Assembly (NCBI GenBank): GCA_964247055.1
Contig: OZ176051.1
Span: 4,216,001 to 4,280,000, forward strand
Length of the DNA: 64,000 nt
Direction: 5' to 3'
Origin: Paragordius varius
Taxonomy: Eukaryota; Animalia; Nematomorpha
In this document: piece by piece, positions 24,360-36,200 of the stretch
Layout of the letters: each line of letters begins with the position of its first letter
How positions within the stretch are numbered: the first letter of the stretch is position 1
The notes under the pieces: model-generated
Database searches by the model: none
The model's input: only the letters and a program-made list of their open reading frames with translations
What the model was told of the DNA's origin: nothing
Translations under genes and position numbers: made by a program

Positions 24360-25500
24360 ACCAATTTTGGAGATCTTAGACATTACAAGCGTCAACGTTA
24401 CCCCTTCGTGCGACCATGTTTCAGTTGTACCTTCAACTGGGACGCTAACCCGGGATAAGTGGTCGTTGACCTTGCTTTGAGGTAAGTCTCAACTCCGACC
24501 AACAAAATGTCGGAGATTGGTAACCAGCCCTGCTCAAATATCAGCGGCTCCAACATTGCTTCCCAGGACGTCGTCCCACAATAATTGGCTAATAGTCTAC
24601 TCAGAGTTGCGTCTTGCATGCTTTATACATTCAGTGGTACATTTTGTTCGTGGGATATCTCTGTGAAGCAGTCTATATTCTTAACTAACTGTATAGGTGT
24701 TTACCATTAACAGAGGGTGTTGTAAATATTACATCAATACTAACTGACTTTAACAGAGCGTTGTAAAATAAAAATTTATACCTTAATTACATGAATACTA
24801 ACTGACATTAACAGAGCGTTGTAAAATAAAAATTTATACCTTAATTACATCAATACTGACATTAACAAAGCGTTGTAAAATAAAATGTTTATCTTAATTA
24901 CATAAATACTAACTGACATTAACAGAGTGTTGTGAAATAAAATTTATAACTTAATTACATCAATACTGACATTAACAAAGCGTTTTAAAATAAAAATTTA
25001 TACCTTAATTACATCAATATTAACTGACATTAACAGAGCGTTGTAAAATAAATTTCATACCTTATCCAGCAGTGGGAATTAACCTTAAAATAATACCGAC
25101 TTCGCAATAGTATCATTCAATCTGGAGCAAAGTATCCGGTTCAAATAAAAGTTGAATATTGGTAATCAGCCCTCAAATATCAGCGGTTCCGATGTCATCG
25201 TCATAGAGCATAGAAGTTTTGCGTTGGTTTCCAACGGGATAGGATTGGTAACTCTGGTGCGTTTCCTCTTGCCAAGAGCTTAAAAGTGATCGAGGTTTTC
25301 GGGGTATAATCGTAATCGCGTTCATCAGCGCAGCTTCAAGAGCTCAGTTGGCCACAATTATTGAAGTTTTTTCGGTAAGTTTTAAAGATCGGGGTCATTA
25401 AAGATTTACGGTCATTGTTCGATTCTAGCCTGGAGAGGATGTTGCGTCAGCCGGTGCCATACATCAAAAAGTCCCATTAAATTTTTGTATTTTGGAAAGG
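24360..25500. mobile_element. Decayed unclassified mobile-element fragments flanking the minisatellite
   Basis: Two GC-richer islands (~24360-24660 and ~25080-25480) share ttggtaa(c/t)cagccct[gct]caaatatcagcgg(c/t)tcc. The minus ORF 24398-24619 has a weak gag-like YCGTTSWEA segment. Confidence 0.35.
24706..25064. repeat. Minisatellite, about 6 copies of a 58/54-bp unit
   Basis: Unit ttacatcaatactaactgacattaacagagcgttgtaaaataaaaatttataccttaa; the 54-bp variant lacks 'taac' and reads aacaaag; order A-A-B-A-B-A. Confidence 0.95.
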
Positions 25501-27427
25501 GTTGAAGGTAACATGCTTGAATTCATATGTTCCAAATTCATATGTAAAAAACGTGTATACTGTATGTATGTAAACTGATTACTGTTTTATGGGTAAGTGA
25601 AAAATATTTTAAAATTAAAATGATTTATGTCACAAATATAAGCGCTCAATAACTTGAATCGTAACTGATATACAATTTTATAGTCAATTAGCCGTTATTA
25701 TAGATTTTTAACATGCTCAAACTTAAATTTATCATAATCAAACTGTATATCTCGAAATAATCGGTACCCTGGGCTTATAAAAAGTATCCAAACAAAATCT
25801 TTATCTTAGCAGGATTCTAATGGTGCTATTAATTTTACTTGTATATATTGGATCATATTTTGCAAAATATCATAAAAAACGCATGCTTCATTTGATAAAA
25901 TAGGACTAAAATATTTGATACATTCCATATGAAAAGCAAAACAATATTAAATTAATTTGTTTTTAGATGTGGGCGCCAATAATTTCACTATTTTTACCCA
26001 CTTGAATGGACAAGTTTGCTTAAAATAAACGCAAAAATCCAATATTTGTATAATTTATCTTAAATTACCAAAAAAGTTATTTAACACATATTTTGCTTAA
26101 CTCACGACCTATTGAAGTAATATTATATGCCAGAACGATATGAACGATTATTTTTAAAATTATTTAATGTATGGTCGAATTTAAATATATGCTTTCTCGG
26201 GCTTTCAGGCGCATACGAAAAAAATTCAAAAAAATATTTAAAACTGTAAAAACGTATCATTTTCTTTAACGCTCATCACCGAAATCCCCAGTTATTTGTG
26301 ATAATATAAATGGAGTGTAAGGTATTGTTTCTTATTTGAGATTTAATTTGATGGCGGTTTAATGTAAACTTAGCTCTGATTTCGATGTAACCATCCACGA
26401 TTATCGTAAGTACATCCTCTCATTACAACCGTTAATTTTCGATAAGATAGATATAGTGCAAGGTGTTGGTCATACTTGTTGAGAAAATCGGTTAAGTTGT
26501 GCTGTAACGATTGATATGTTGAAAAAGTCTCATTTTTAATTAAATATTATAATTTTAAAACATTAAATTTAAGTTTGTCGACGTGAGTAACATTATGATC
26601 TTAATGTTTCAAATTTTACAAATAAATTAATGTTGTATCCCGAGTTTTATTACAATATTAAGATTTATTTTCATAACTTCAATTATATTAACACTCCGCA
26701 TTTTGGGGTAGTTTTATATCCCAGAGAGATTTGGAATTTCAATATCTAATGGTAATAAGGTATTAAGGCGAATTTGAAAATATGCTTTCTTTAGCCATTT
26801 AGGCGCATAATAAAAAATTTTTTTTGAAAAGAATCTAAAATTTATAAAATCCTCGTCACATACTTTTGCCACATTTATCTCTATAATTTTTTTAAATCGC
26901 TAATGCAACAAGCTAAATGTTTTTATGGTTAAAAAAATTAACTCTAAAAAGCTTTCAACTATTTTGATTTAACAACAGATGTTCGTTTCAATCCTGTTTT
27001 GGAGTTGTCTCAATTTTAGACCATAGAAGTCACATAACTGTTAATAATAAAACCTTTTTTATCTAATGCATGAGAACATAATTTATTTTAAAAATAACTT
27101 TCAAAACTTTAGATTGAGCTTTGTAATTTATGACTTGCCCAAAATGTAAACTAGGACAAAAAAAATGAAAAGGTAATAAAATTTTAAAAATGCTTACCCA
27201 AACTCAAAGTACGTGTATAATTTTATAATTTTATTTTTCCCATTTTTCATAATATCTTTCAAAATAAAAAATTTCTCTTATATGTTGCAAGAAAGCAAAT
27301 TTAAAAATATGCGATATTCAGTTAAAAAAATTAAAATAGATTGTAAAATATGCCATTTTTCTATGAATTTTTTTAAAATCGCTAACAATGAGCAAGTGGG
27401 GGGAATTTCCGATAAAATTTATATACT

Positions 27428-29778
27428 ACTAGCTGGCCCTGTCACGCTTCGCTGTTACATAGTCTCACCGATAATTATTCTTAATAATGTGCAATAATTA
27501 GAAGGAATGGAGATAAATAATAAACAATAATTAACAATAAGAATGCCTTAAATTATTCTTTTACGGGTTTTTGCATAGGCTCAAAAATTGTTTACTCGAA
27601 ATTGACCATATTTAAACTGTCCCTTATTAAAGTTAATATTCAACTATCATTGGATTTATTTTAAGATTTTCATTTTAGGAAATCATGGTCAGAAGTTTTA
27701 TTTTGAAATTGTGTTAACACAGCTGGGATCAAGGGATATAAGTAATTTGTGGTCCCCTTTTAAAGGAAGGAATATTATACAAATTCCCCAGAAATGTGTT
27801 TAACTGAACTCCCATAAGTTTTTTGAAAATTAGCTCCAAAACCACGCCATTTGTATAGCGTCTCAGTTTTAAACCGGTAGACCCCTTTACATAGACCTAT
27901 ATGTAAAAAGCACTGAGTTAAATTTTTGCCTATATAGGGCAAATATTAGGAATCATCTTTGATACCATCATCTCATGGGTTATTAGGAAAAATACCCCAA
28001 CACTAAATAATCGTTATATGATGGCGTATTTTTAGGGCATAAAGACCCGAAATTAGCTAATTAAAAAACGCCTGACCTTTTTTACCTAGTTACGGGTATA
28101 TATAAAGCTTTTAAAGAGCTCATATGGCATAAGGTTTAAATTAGTTCCAAAACAACGCAATTTCTATGGCACAGTCTTTGGCGGATAGCTCCTTATAAGG
28201 GGGAGGTATAAAAAATGCGTTGGGCAAAATTTTTTATTTTATATGGGGAATATCTGGAATTATCATGGATTCCATATGTTCCTATTAGACTCATAGGTTT
28301 TCTGAAATTTGGCACTAAAGGCATGCTGTATCGATATGGTGACGCAGTTTTGCGAGGGTAGCCCCCTAACCTGGGGCAAAACAAAAAATCGCTTGATTAA
28401 ATTTTTTGCCTCAATTCGGGTAATAACTGGAATCCGTGGGATTTTCGAAAAATTGCCTAAAAACTAAAAAGTCACTCTATTGTAGTCCATTTTTCAGGGT
28501 AAGGGTTTAATTAAGGGGTAATTTAATAAAACCTCTCTACTTGAATTTTTGCCTTTTTACGGGTATTTCAAGCCCTTATTGCTCATAAAGCCTGATAAGT
28601 TTTCTAAAATTTGCCTCCAAAGTCACACTGGGCGCAGTTGTAGGCGGTAGCCCCTTACCCCAGAGGCCAATATAAAAAAGCGATAAAAATTTTGCCTTTA
28701 TAGGGGAATACCTGGAATCATATTTCATTCCATATGTTCTTAAAAGTTTTTGGAAGAATGGCTGCTAAATATTAGTTCAATGATAGCGGATTTTTTAGGG
28801 CGTAATTAACGGCTAAATTAAAAAAACCGCTTGACTTAAATTTTTGCCTTTTACGGTTAATATATTAGACCTTTATTAAACTCATATAGCCTGTTATGAT
28901 TTCTTAAAATTAACTCCTAAACAGCGCAATTTCGATTGGTGGCTCAGTTTTAAGCGGGTAGTTCCCTACACAGAGACTGAGATAAAAAAGCGCTTGATTA
29001 AAATTTTTGCCTTTTCACGGAGAATACCTGGAATCATGATTGATTCCATATGCTCTCATTAGTTTTTAAAAAAATTGCCTCAAAACTAAAATCATTTGGT
29101 GGCGCATTTTTTAGGGCGTGGGCCTAATTAACGGCTAATTTAAAAAAAACGCTCGACTTAAATTTTTGCATTTTTACGGATAATATTGTAGACCCTTAAT
29201 AAACTTATATGGTCTGATAAGTTTTCTAAAAATTAGCTCCAAAGGCACGCTATTTCGATATGACGGGGCAGTTTTTATCGGATATCTCCTTACCAAGCAG
29301 CCAATATAAAAGAAATGTACGAATAAAATTTTTGCCTTTAACAGGGAATACTTGGAATCCTCAGTGTTTTACGGTCCCATACCTTGGGCGAAAAATAGAT
29401 TTAATATTTTTGATGACTTTGTTTTTTTTAAAAAAAATGGCCTTTTACGGGGGAAGCGGCTAAAAAGAGGGCCTAAATTAAAAAAGCGAGCCGACTATGT
29501 TCGGCGCAATCGAAAAAAAGTAAAAAAATCTTATTTGAAATCGAATGGTCCAACACGTTTTCCAGAAAATTGTCTCAATATAGACTTGTGTTTTCAAAAA
29601 AAACCGTTTTTTACACGGGGTGGGCCCGAATTGGGGGCCTAATTCAAAAAAGGGCGAAGCTATTGTCGCGGCATTCATAAAAGATTATTTTTTTCGACAT
29701 TTGGCTTTGAATGGGTTTACCGGTTTTCCGGAAACAGATCACAAAGCTAGCATTTTCCATTTTTATAAATATATAGAT
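27428..29778 (+). mobile_element. Possible non-autonomous Helitron/Helentron-like element carrying the satellite array
   Basis: The 5' end ACTAGCTGGCCCTGTCACGCTTCGCTGT and the 3' end ...CATTTTCCATTTTTATAAATATATAGAT resemble termini of invertebrate non-autonomous Helitron-like elements (recalled from memory, not searched). Confidence 0.4.
27785..29778 (+). repeat. Left arm of a large inverted repeat: degenerate array of ~310-bp units plus a conserved ~430-bp inner end
   Basis: The marker cct..(t/c)ac/at.ggg.aatacctggaatc recurs at ~27930, 28240, 28405, 28695, 29020 and 29340. 29700-29760 matches the reverse complement of 31090-31150 at 58/60. Confidence 0.9.
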
Positions 29779-30452
29779 GATAAATGGTTGTATCAAGATT
29801 CTCATGGTGCTTGAGGTTTACAAAGATTATACGAAAATATTTTGAACTTTTGTGGTAATGCTGAATATCAAGCACAAAAAAGGCCCACATTATGCTTATT
29901 AAAATTTAGGTGAAAGTTAAATGCCTTATTCCGAAAAATATTATAAGACATATCATATTCTATGGTAAAACAGTTTAATAAAAATTTAATTTTTAGATAT
30001 GGACTCCGAACATCTAAAATTTTTGCCCCTATAAAATTGGCTAAGTTAAGATAAACGCAAAAATGCCGAGATTTTGCAATATTTTTTTAAATGTGCCATA
30101 CTATGGCACTAGAACATTTTTTAAAAAAAGCCATTTTTGTTAAAAAATTTGAAGCGGACCATACTATTTTGAAGCATCATGGAAACGGGATAAAAACACT
30201 TTAAAATAATATAAAAAAAATTCCTTAAAAGATATGATGCCGAACATTTCTATAACATCAGAATTTTGATTAAATTCATTCGTCTTCAAAGTTATGTTAA
30301 ATATATATGTATTTTTTTACAAAATTTCACACAAATTAAAAAAATAAACCTTTAAATTTTGAGCAATGAAAATGATCAGTATCCTTGTTCATATTTTAGA
30401 ATCAGCTGTATTTTAAGTTTGACACTTGGATGCATCACATTCATTTCAGTCC

Positions 30453-30972
30453 TTCGATTCATAATTGGGGTAGTTGGATACCTCAGACCTGTTTAAAATT
30501 AAATACTTAAAAAATATGGAATGAATTGAAATCAATGTAAAAGTTTATCCTTATATAACATTAATGAACCAAAATATAAAATAAACTCATTCAAAAATAT
30601 TTGATATTACTTATTTTAAGGTAAAACCCAAAAGTAAAATTTTAGTCAACATGTGATGCACGAAACTATATTTCTGTTTCTATCAATATTAGATGTGATT
30701 TAAATAAAAAACTTGCTTTGATTTTAGTTTCCAAATTAAATAAATACGATATTATGCAAAACTGTTCTAAAATAAAAATGGCGTCGAAGTAGTTTGATGT
30801 GAAAATTTATTTAAATCTAAATTTTATTTGGATATTTCCGCTATTTATATAATTTTTATTAGGATAGAAGCATAAATTTAGATTGAGACGGTTTCTTTCA
30901 GTAGTTTTTTTAAAATTGTCAACTTAAATATAGTCTAGTCTGGGTAATTATATAATCCCAATTTGAAACGAA
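30453..30972. mobile_element. Family C element, copy 2 (in the spacer of the large inverted repeat)
   Basis: ttcgattcataattggggt...atcccaatttgaaacgaa; the interior is homologous to 13196-13732. Confidence 0.85.
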
Positions 30973-31072
30973 GTATTGAGTAATAAAGAGGAATGTTGGC
31001 AATTTTTGCCAATACAACTTTCAAAACTATAGTTTAAAAACTTGCTCTGGGGTATAATACCACCAAAACGCA

Positions 31073-34000
31073 AACTGTATGTTTATAAAAATGGAAAATG
31101 CTAGCTTTGTGATCTGTTTCCGGAAAACCGGTAAACCCGTTCAAATCCAAATGTCGAAAAAATATAATCATTAATGAATGCCCCGACAATAGCTTCGCCC
31201 TTTTTTTTGAATTAGGCCCCCAGTTCGCCACCCCCCCCCCCCGTGTAAAAAACGGTTTTTTAAACAATAGTCTATATTGAGTCAATTTTCTGGAAAACTT
31301 GTTAAACCATTCGATTTCAAATATGATTTTTTTTACTTTTTTTCGATTGCGCCGAACATAGTCGTCTCGCTTTTTTAATTTAGGCCCTCTTTTTACCCGC
31401 TCCCCCCATAAAATGCCATTTTTTCAAAAAACAAAGTCCAAAAATAATTTTTTGAATCTATTTTTCGCCCAAGGTATGAGACCGTAAAAATTCAATAAGG
31501 ATTCCACGTATTCCCTGTTAAAAGGCAAAAATTTAGTCGTGCGTTTTTTTATATTGGCTGCTGGGTAAGCAGATACCCGCTAAAAACTGCTCCGTCTTAT
31601 CATAATAGCGTCCCTTTGGGGCTAAATATCAGATATGAGTTCAATAGGTGCTTAAATAATACCCGTAACAAGGCAAAAATTTAGGTGCTGCGGTTTTTTA
31701 AAATTAGCTGTTTATTGGGCCCTTTATGCCTTAAAAAATGCGCCAGCATAGAATGTTTTTCAGTTTAGAGGCAATCCAAGAACTAATGAGAGCATATGGA
31801 ATCAATCATGATTTCAGGTATTCTCCGTAAAAAGGTAAAACTCTAATCAAGCGCTTTTTTGTATCAACCTCTGGGCATGGAGCTACCCGCCAGAAACTGC
31901 GTCACCATATCGAAATTCCGTTGTTTAGGAGTTCATTTTTAGAAAACTTATCAGGCCAAATGAGTTCAATAAGGGCTTGAAATATAACTCGTAAAAAAGC
32001 AAAAATTTAAGTCGAGGGGGTTTTTAATTAGCGGTTAATTAGGCCCTTTACGTCCTAAAAATATGCTATCATTGAACTATTATTTAGTTTTGAAGCCATT
32101 CTTCCAAAAACTATTAAGAACATATGGAATGAATGATGAATCCAGGTATTCCCCTATAAAGGCAAAACTTTTATCGAACGTCTTTTTTATATTGGCCTCT
32201 GAGTAGGGAGAGGCCTGCCTACAAATACGCCATCATATCGATACAGCGTGACTTTGGAGGCAAATTTTAGAAAGATTATCAGGTTAAATAAGTTTAATAA
32301 GGGCCTGAAATATTACCCTTAAAAAGGCGATAATTAAGTAGAGCGGTTTTATTAAATTCCCCCTTAATTAGAATAAAATTTTTTGATTCTATTTTTCGTC
32401 CAAGGTATGAGACCGTAAAAATTCAAAAAGGATTCCAGGTATTCCCTGTAAGGCAAAAATTTAGTCGTGCGTTTTTTTATATTGGCTGCTGGGTAAGCAG
32501 AGACCCGCTAAAAACTGCCCCGTCTTTTCGAAATAGCGTGCTTTTGGGGCTAAATTTCAGAAAACCCATCAGGCCATAGGAGTTTAATAGGTGCCTAAAA
32601 TAATACCCGTAACAAGGCAAAAATTTAGGTCGTGAAAATTAGCCGTTAATTTAGCCCTTCACGCCGTGAAAAATGCGTCACCATAGAAGGATTTTTCAGT
32701 GAGGCAATTTTTCCAAAAACTAATATGGAATCAGTCATGATTCCAGGTATTCTCCATAAAATAGTAAATTTTAATCAAGCGCTTTTTTTGTATCAGCCTC
32801 TGGGTAAGGAGCTATTCCCCTAAAATTGCGTCCCCATATCGATTCGTTGTTTAGGAGTTCAAGAAAACTTATCAGGCCAATAAATTTAATAAGGGCTTGA
32901 AATATTACCCGTAAAAAGGCATGGTTTTATTAACGGTTAATTAGGCCCTTGCCCTGAAAAAAATGCGCCACCATAAAATGACTTTTGGTTTGAAGCAATT
33001 TGTCGAAAATCCCACGAAATCATATGGAATCATGATTCCAGATATTACCCAATTAAGGCAAAAATTTTAATCGAGCGTTTTTTGTTTCGCTTGGTTAGGG
33101 AGCTACCCGCCTAAAACTGCGACACCATATCGAAATTGCGTTGTTTAGGAGTTAATTTTCAGAAAACTTATCAGGCCATATAAATTTAATAGGGCCCGAA
33201 ATATTACCCAAGCGCAAAAATTAGGTCGAGCGGTTTTTTTAAATTAGCCTTTAATTAGGCCCTTTACCCCTAAAAAATGCGCTATCATTAACTATTATTT
33301 AGTTTTGAAGCCATTCTTCCAAAAACTATTAAGAACATATTAAATGAATGATGATTGCAGGTATTCTCCTACAAAGGCAAAAATTTTATCGACGTCTTTT
33401 TTATATTGGCCTCTGGGTAGGGGGCTACCCGCCTACAACTGCGCCACCATATCGATACAGGTGACTTTGGAGGCAAATTTTAGAAAACTTATCCGGCCAT
33501 ATAAGTTCAATCAGGGCCCGAAATATTACTCGTAAAAAGGCAGAGCGGTTTTATTAAATTACCTCTTAATTAGTCCCTTGACCTGAAAAATCCGCCACCA
33601 TAGAATGACATTTTGGTTTTAAGGATTTTTCGAATATCCTACGAGAGCGTATGGAATCATGATTCCAGGTATTACTCGAATTAAGGCAAAAATTTTAATT
33701 AAGAGTTTTTTGTTTCGCCCCTGGTTATGGGGCTAGCCGCGTAAAACTGCGTCACCTATATCGATACAGCATGCCTTTGAAGCCAAATTTCAGAAAACCC
33801 TTCTGACCACGTGAATTAAAGGCCTAAATATTTATTTCCTCTTAAAAAACAAATATTTTATTATTTCAATGAGTCGCTAAGTAAAGTTTTACGCCTTGAA
33901 AAATGCGCAGCTCCAGAACAATTATTAGTTTTGAAGCAATATTTCCAAAAACTTAAGGGAACATATGGAAATTCCAAATATTCCCCATATAAAGGCAAAA

Positions 34001-34470
34001 ATTTTACCTAACGCTTTTTATACCTGCCACTGGATAAGGAGCTATCCGCCAAAACTGCGCCACTATATAGAAATAGCGTTGTTTTGGAGCTAATTTACAG
34101 AAAATATATGAAGCCATAGAGCTCATTAAAACCTTGATATTACCCGTAATAGTAAAAATTAAGGAGGGAGTTTCTTTTCATAGCCATTAATTTTGGGCCT
34201 TCATGCCCTAAAAATACGCCATCATATAACGATTATTTAGTGTTGATGTATTTTTTCGAATAACACATGAGACGATGGTATCAAAGATGATTCCAAATAT
34301 TTGCTCTATAAAGGCAAAGAATTTAACTCAGCGCTTTTCTATATACTATGGGTAGAGGACTACCGGTTTAAAACTGGGACGCCATAAAAAATGGCGTGGG
34401 GGAGCTTATTTTCAAAAAACTTAGGAAGCCATACGAGTTTAATGACTTTAAATAATACCCATAAAAAGGT
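31073..34470 (-). repeat. Right arm of the large inverted repeat: about 10 units of ~310 bp
   Basis: The marker gattccaggtattccc...aaaggcaaaaattt occurs at ~31501, 31811, 32141, 32431, 32740, 33035, 33355, 33661, 33973 and 34290. Internal duplications: 31440-32000 recurs at 32375-32930, and 32080-32370 recurs at 33290-33580. Confidence 0.9.
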
Positions 34471-35899
34471 TAAAAAAATAGTATAGCGGTAGGCGTCTAT
34501 TTGGAGCCTTCACACAAGTAAACAACATATTAGTATGAATGCACAATTTTGAATATTCTATGAAGCACCGTTTTGAAAATTCTATGAGACATAACTACTA
34601 AATAATGTTTCGAAATAATCCACATATATGGATGACAATTTTGTTGATCCCTTTTTTCAAATAGCGGCTTCACAGGCTCCAACTTACACTATCGTGTTTA
34701 CCACAGTAAAATAATTTAATACAGAATAATTTTATTTAGCAATTTTAATTTAATAAATTCAACTGCCAAAATAATAGTTTATGGAGACAAAACTACTCTA
34801 AAATGTAATGGTCTTAGCAAATTATCTAATGATCAGGCCTAATTAGGAATTTGTGAGATAGGCACTTTACATACGACAACGTAGGGTTTTTTGTAATCCT
34901 CGGCATTACAAAATGGACAAATTACACTCATTAAAGCTTTCAGCTGCATCACAGGTTATGCATTAATATATATATAGGAATTATACAAATGTGTGTAAAT
35001 CAAACCGTTTTACTCCAAAGGGACAAAATTATATATGTTTTTTTTATTTATATACCTGATGTCAAAAATTAATATTTTTTGCACGTTTCACCCAATTTAT
35101 ATTTTTTTTATACTAAGATCATTCCTGAATAAATATTTTTTATTAATATCGTTTAAATTTGGTGTGTTTGGAGCCTTTATACCCTTAACAATATGTTTTT
35201 GAGGCTTTTTTTCGACAAAATTATGAGATCATAATAAATTAATTAGGAGTGCAGATCGCGTGTAAAGGAAAAAAAATTCGCCCCCCTCCCCCCAAGAAAT
35301 CCGAAGGACTTCCTTGGGATGCGTAGCAGCCCGAGATTTACGCTAGCATCGATAAAAAATGAAAAGGTATTCAGTTTTATTGAATTGACAAATTTTTATG
35401 CAATCAATACATTAAAATAACTATTATTAATATTTCATACGCATATTTTTTGTTTAGAGCCCTATTTTATATAGGATATGGCTCTAATCTATGAAAAACA
35501 ATAGTGAAACCTAAATTCATCACTCAGAAACTTATTTTTATTAGCCATATATCTTTTATACATAGATATTTAATTGAATCTTTCTGGGGGTAAAACCACA
35601 ATTAATTTTTATAGAAGATATATATAACACTGTAACCATTAAGGGAAGTTCTTTTAAGAAATGTATATTTATGGTTAAAATTACCTTAAATTAGGGTAAA
35701 ATATTATCAGAAGAGTAAACTAAAACTGAGCTTAACTGAGAATGCCTAAAATTACTATTGCAAAGAGCCTTATGGGCTAAAAATGGGAGGACTTACTTTT
35801 TGCTAAAGTGTTATCCGGATAGCGGGTAATTACAGGGGATAATTATAAAAAAGTCGACTGACTTTCGGCGCATTCGTAAAAAATAAAACATGCAATTAT

Positions 35900-36200
35900 T
35901 ACAAAGTGTATAAAAAATTGAATTTTTAGGGCTTTTATATGGGGAAACACCTCAAATTATTACTGATTTTATTTAATATCATAGCCTTAGCCTCAAAGTC
36001 ATTTCATTTTTACATGGCGCATGTGCGGAGCCCCACCCAATGCCCATTCAAAAAGGGCTGATTAAAAAATTTTGCCTTCATGCACGAGGTACACAAAACC
36101 ATTATTGATTACATATGGCTTTATGGGTTTTTCAAAAACATGCGAGGCCAAAATATTTTTTACATGATGGAAAATTTTACAGAATGCGGGGTCCTCGCGG
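35900..36200. repeat. Older diverged copy of the ~310-bp unit (left-arm orientation)
   Basis: tttatatggggaaacacc, gcctcaaagtca and attaaaaaattttgcc...attgattacatatg align with left-arm units. Confidence 0.65.

Noticed and set aside
24706-25064. Regular repeats as a CRISPR array
   Set aside because: The units are contiguous with no unique spacers, there are no cas genes, and the context is eukaryotic; it is a minisatellite.
25285-25340. Second hammerhead candidate (minus strand CTGATGA...GAAA)
   Set aside because: No complementary stem II or stem I could be formed.
26330-26500. Minus-strand open stretch (…KLTVVMRGCTYDNRGWLH…) as a transposase fragment
   Set aside because: No start, splice context or recognisable family motif.
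29260-31285. ORFs 29260-29814 and 31034-31285 with shared peptide (GFTGFPETDHKASIFHFYK) as paralogous genes
   Set aside because: The similarity is the DNA inverted repeat; reading frames are not conserved across the arms.
34600-34850. Protein-like fragments MDDNFVDPFFQIAASQAP… and …IIVYGDKTTLKCNG…
   Set aside because: Available GT-AG sites do not join them in frame.
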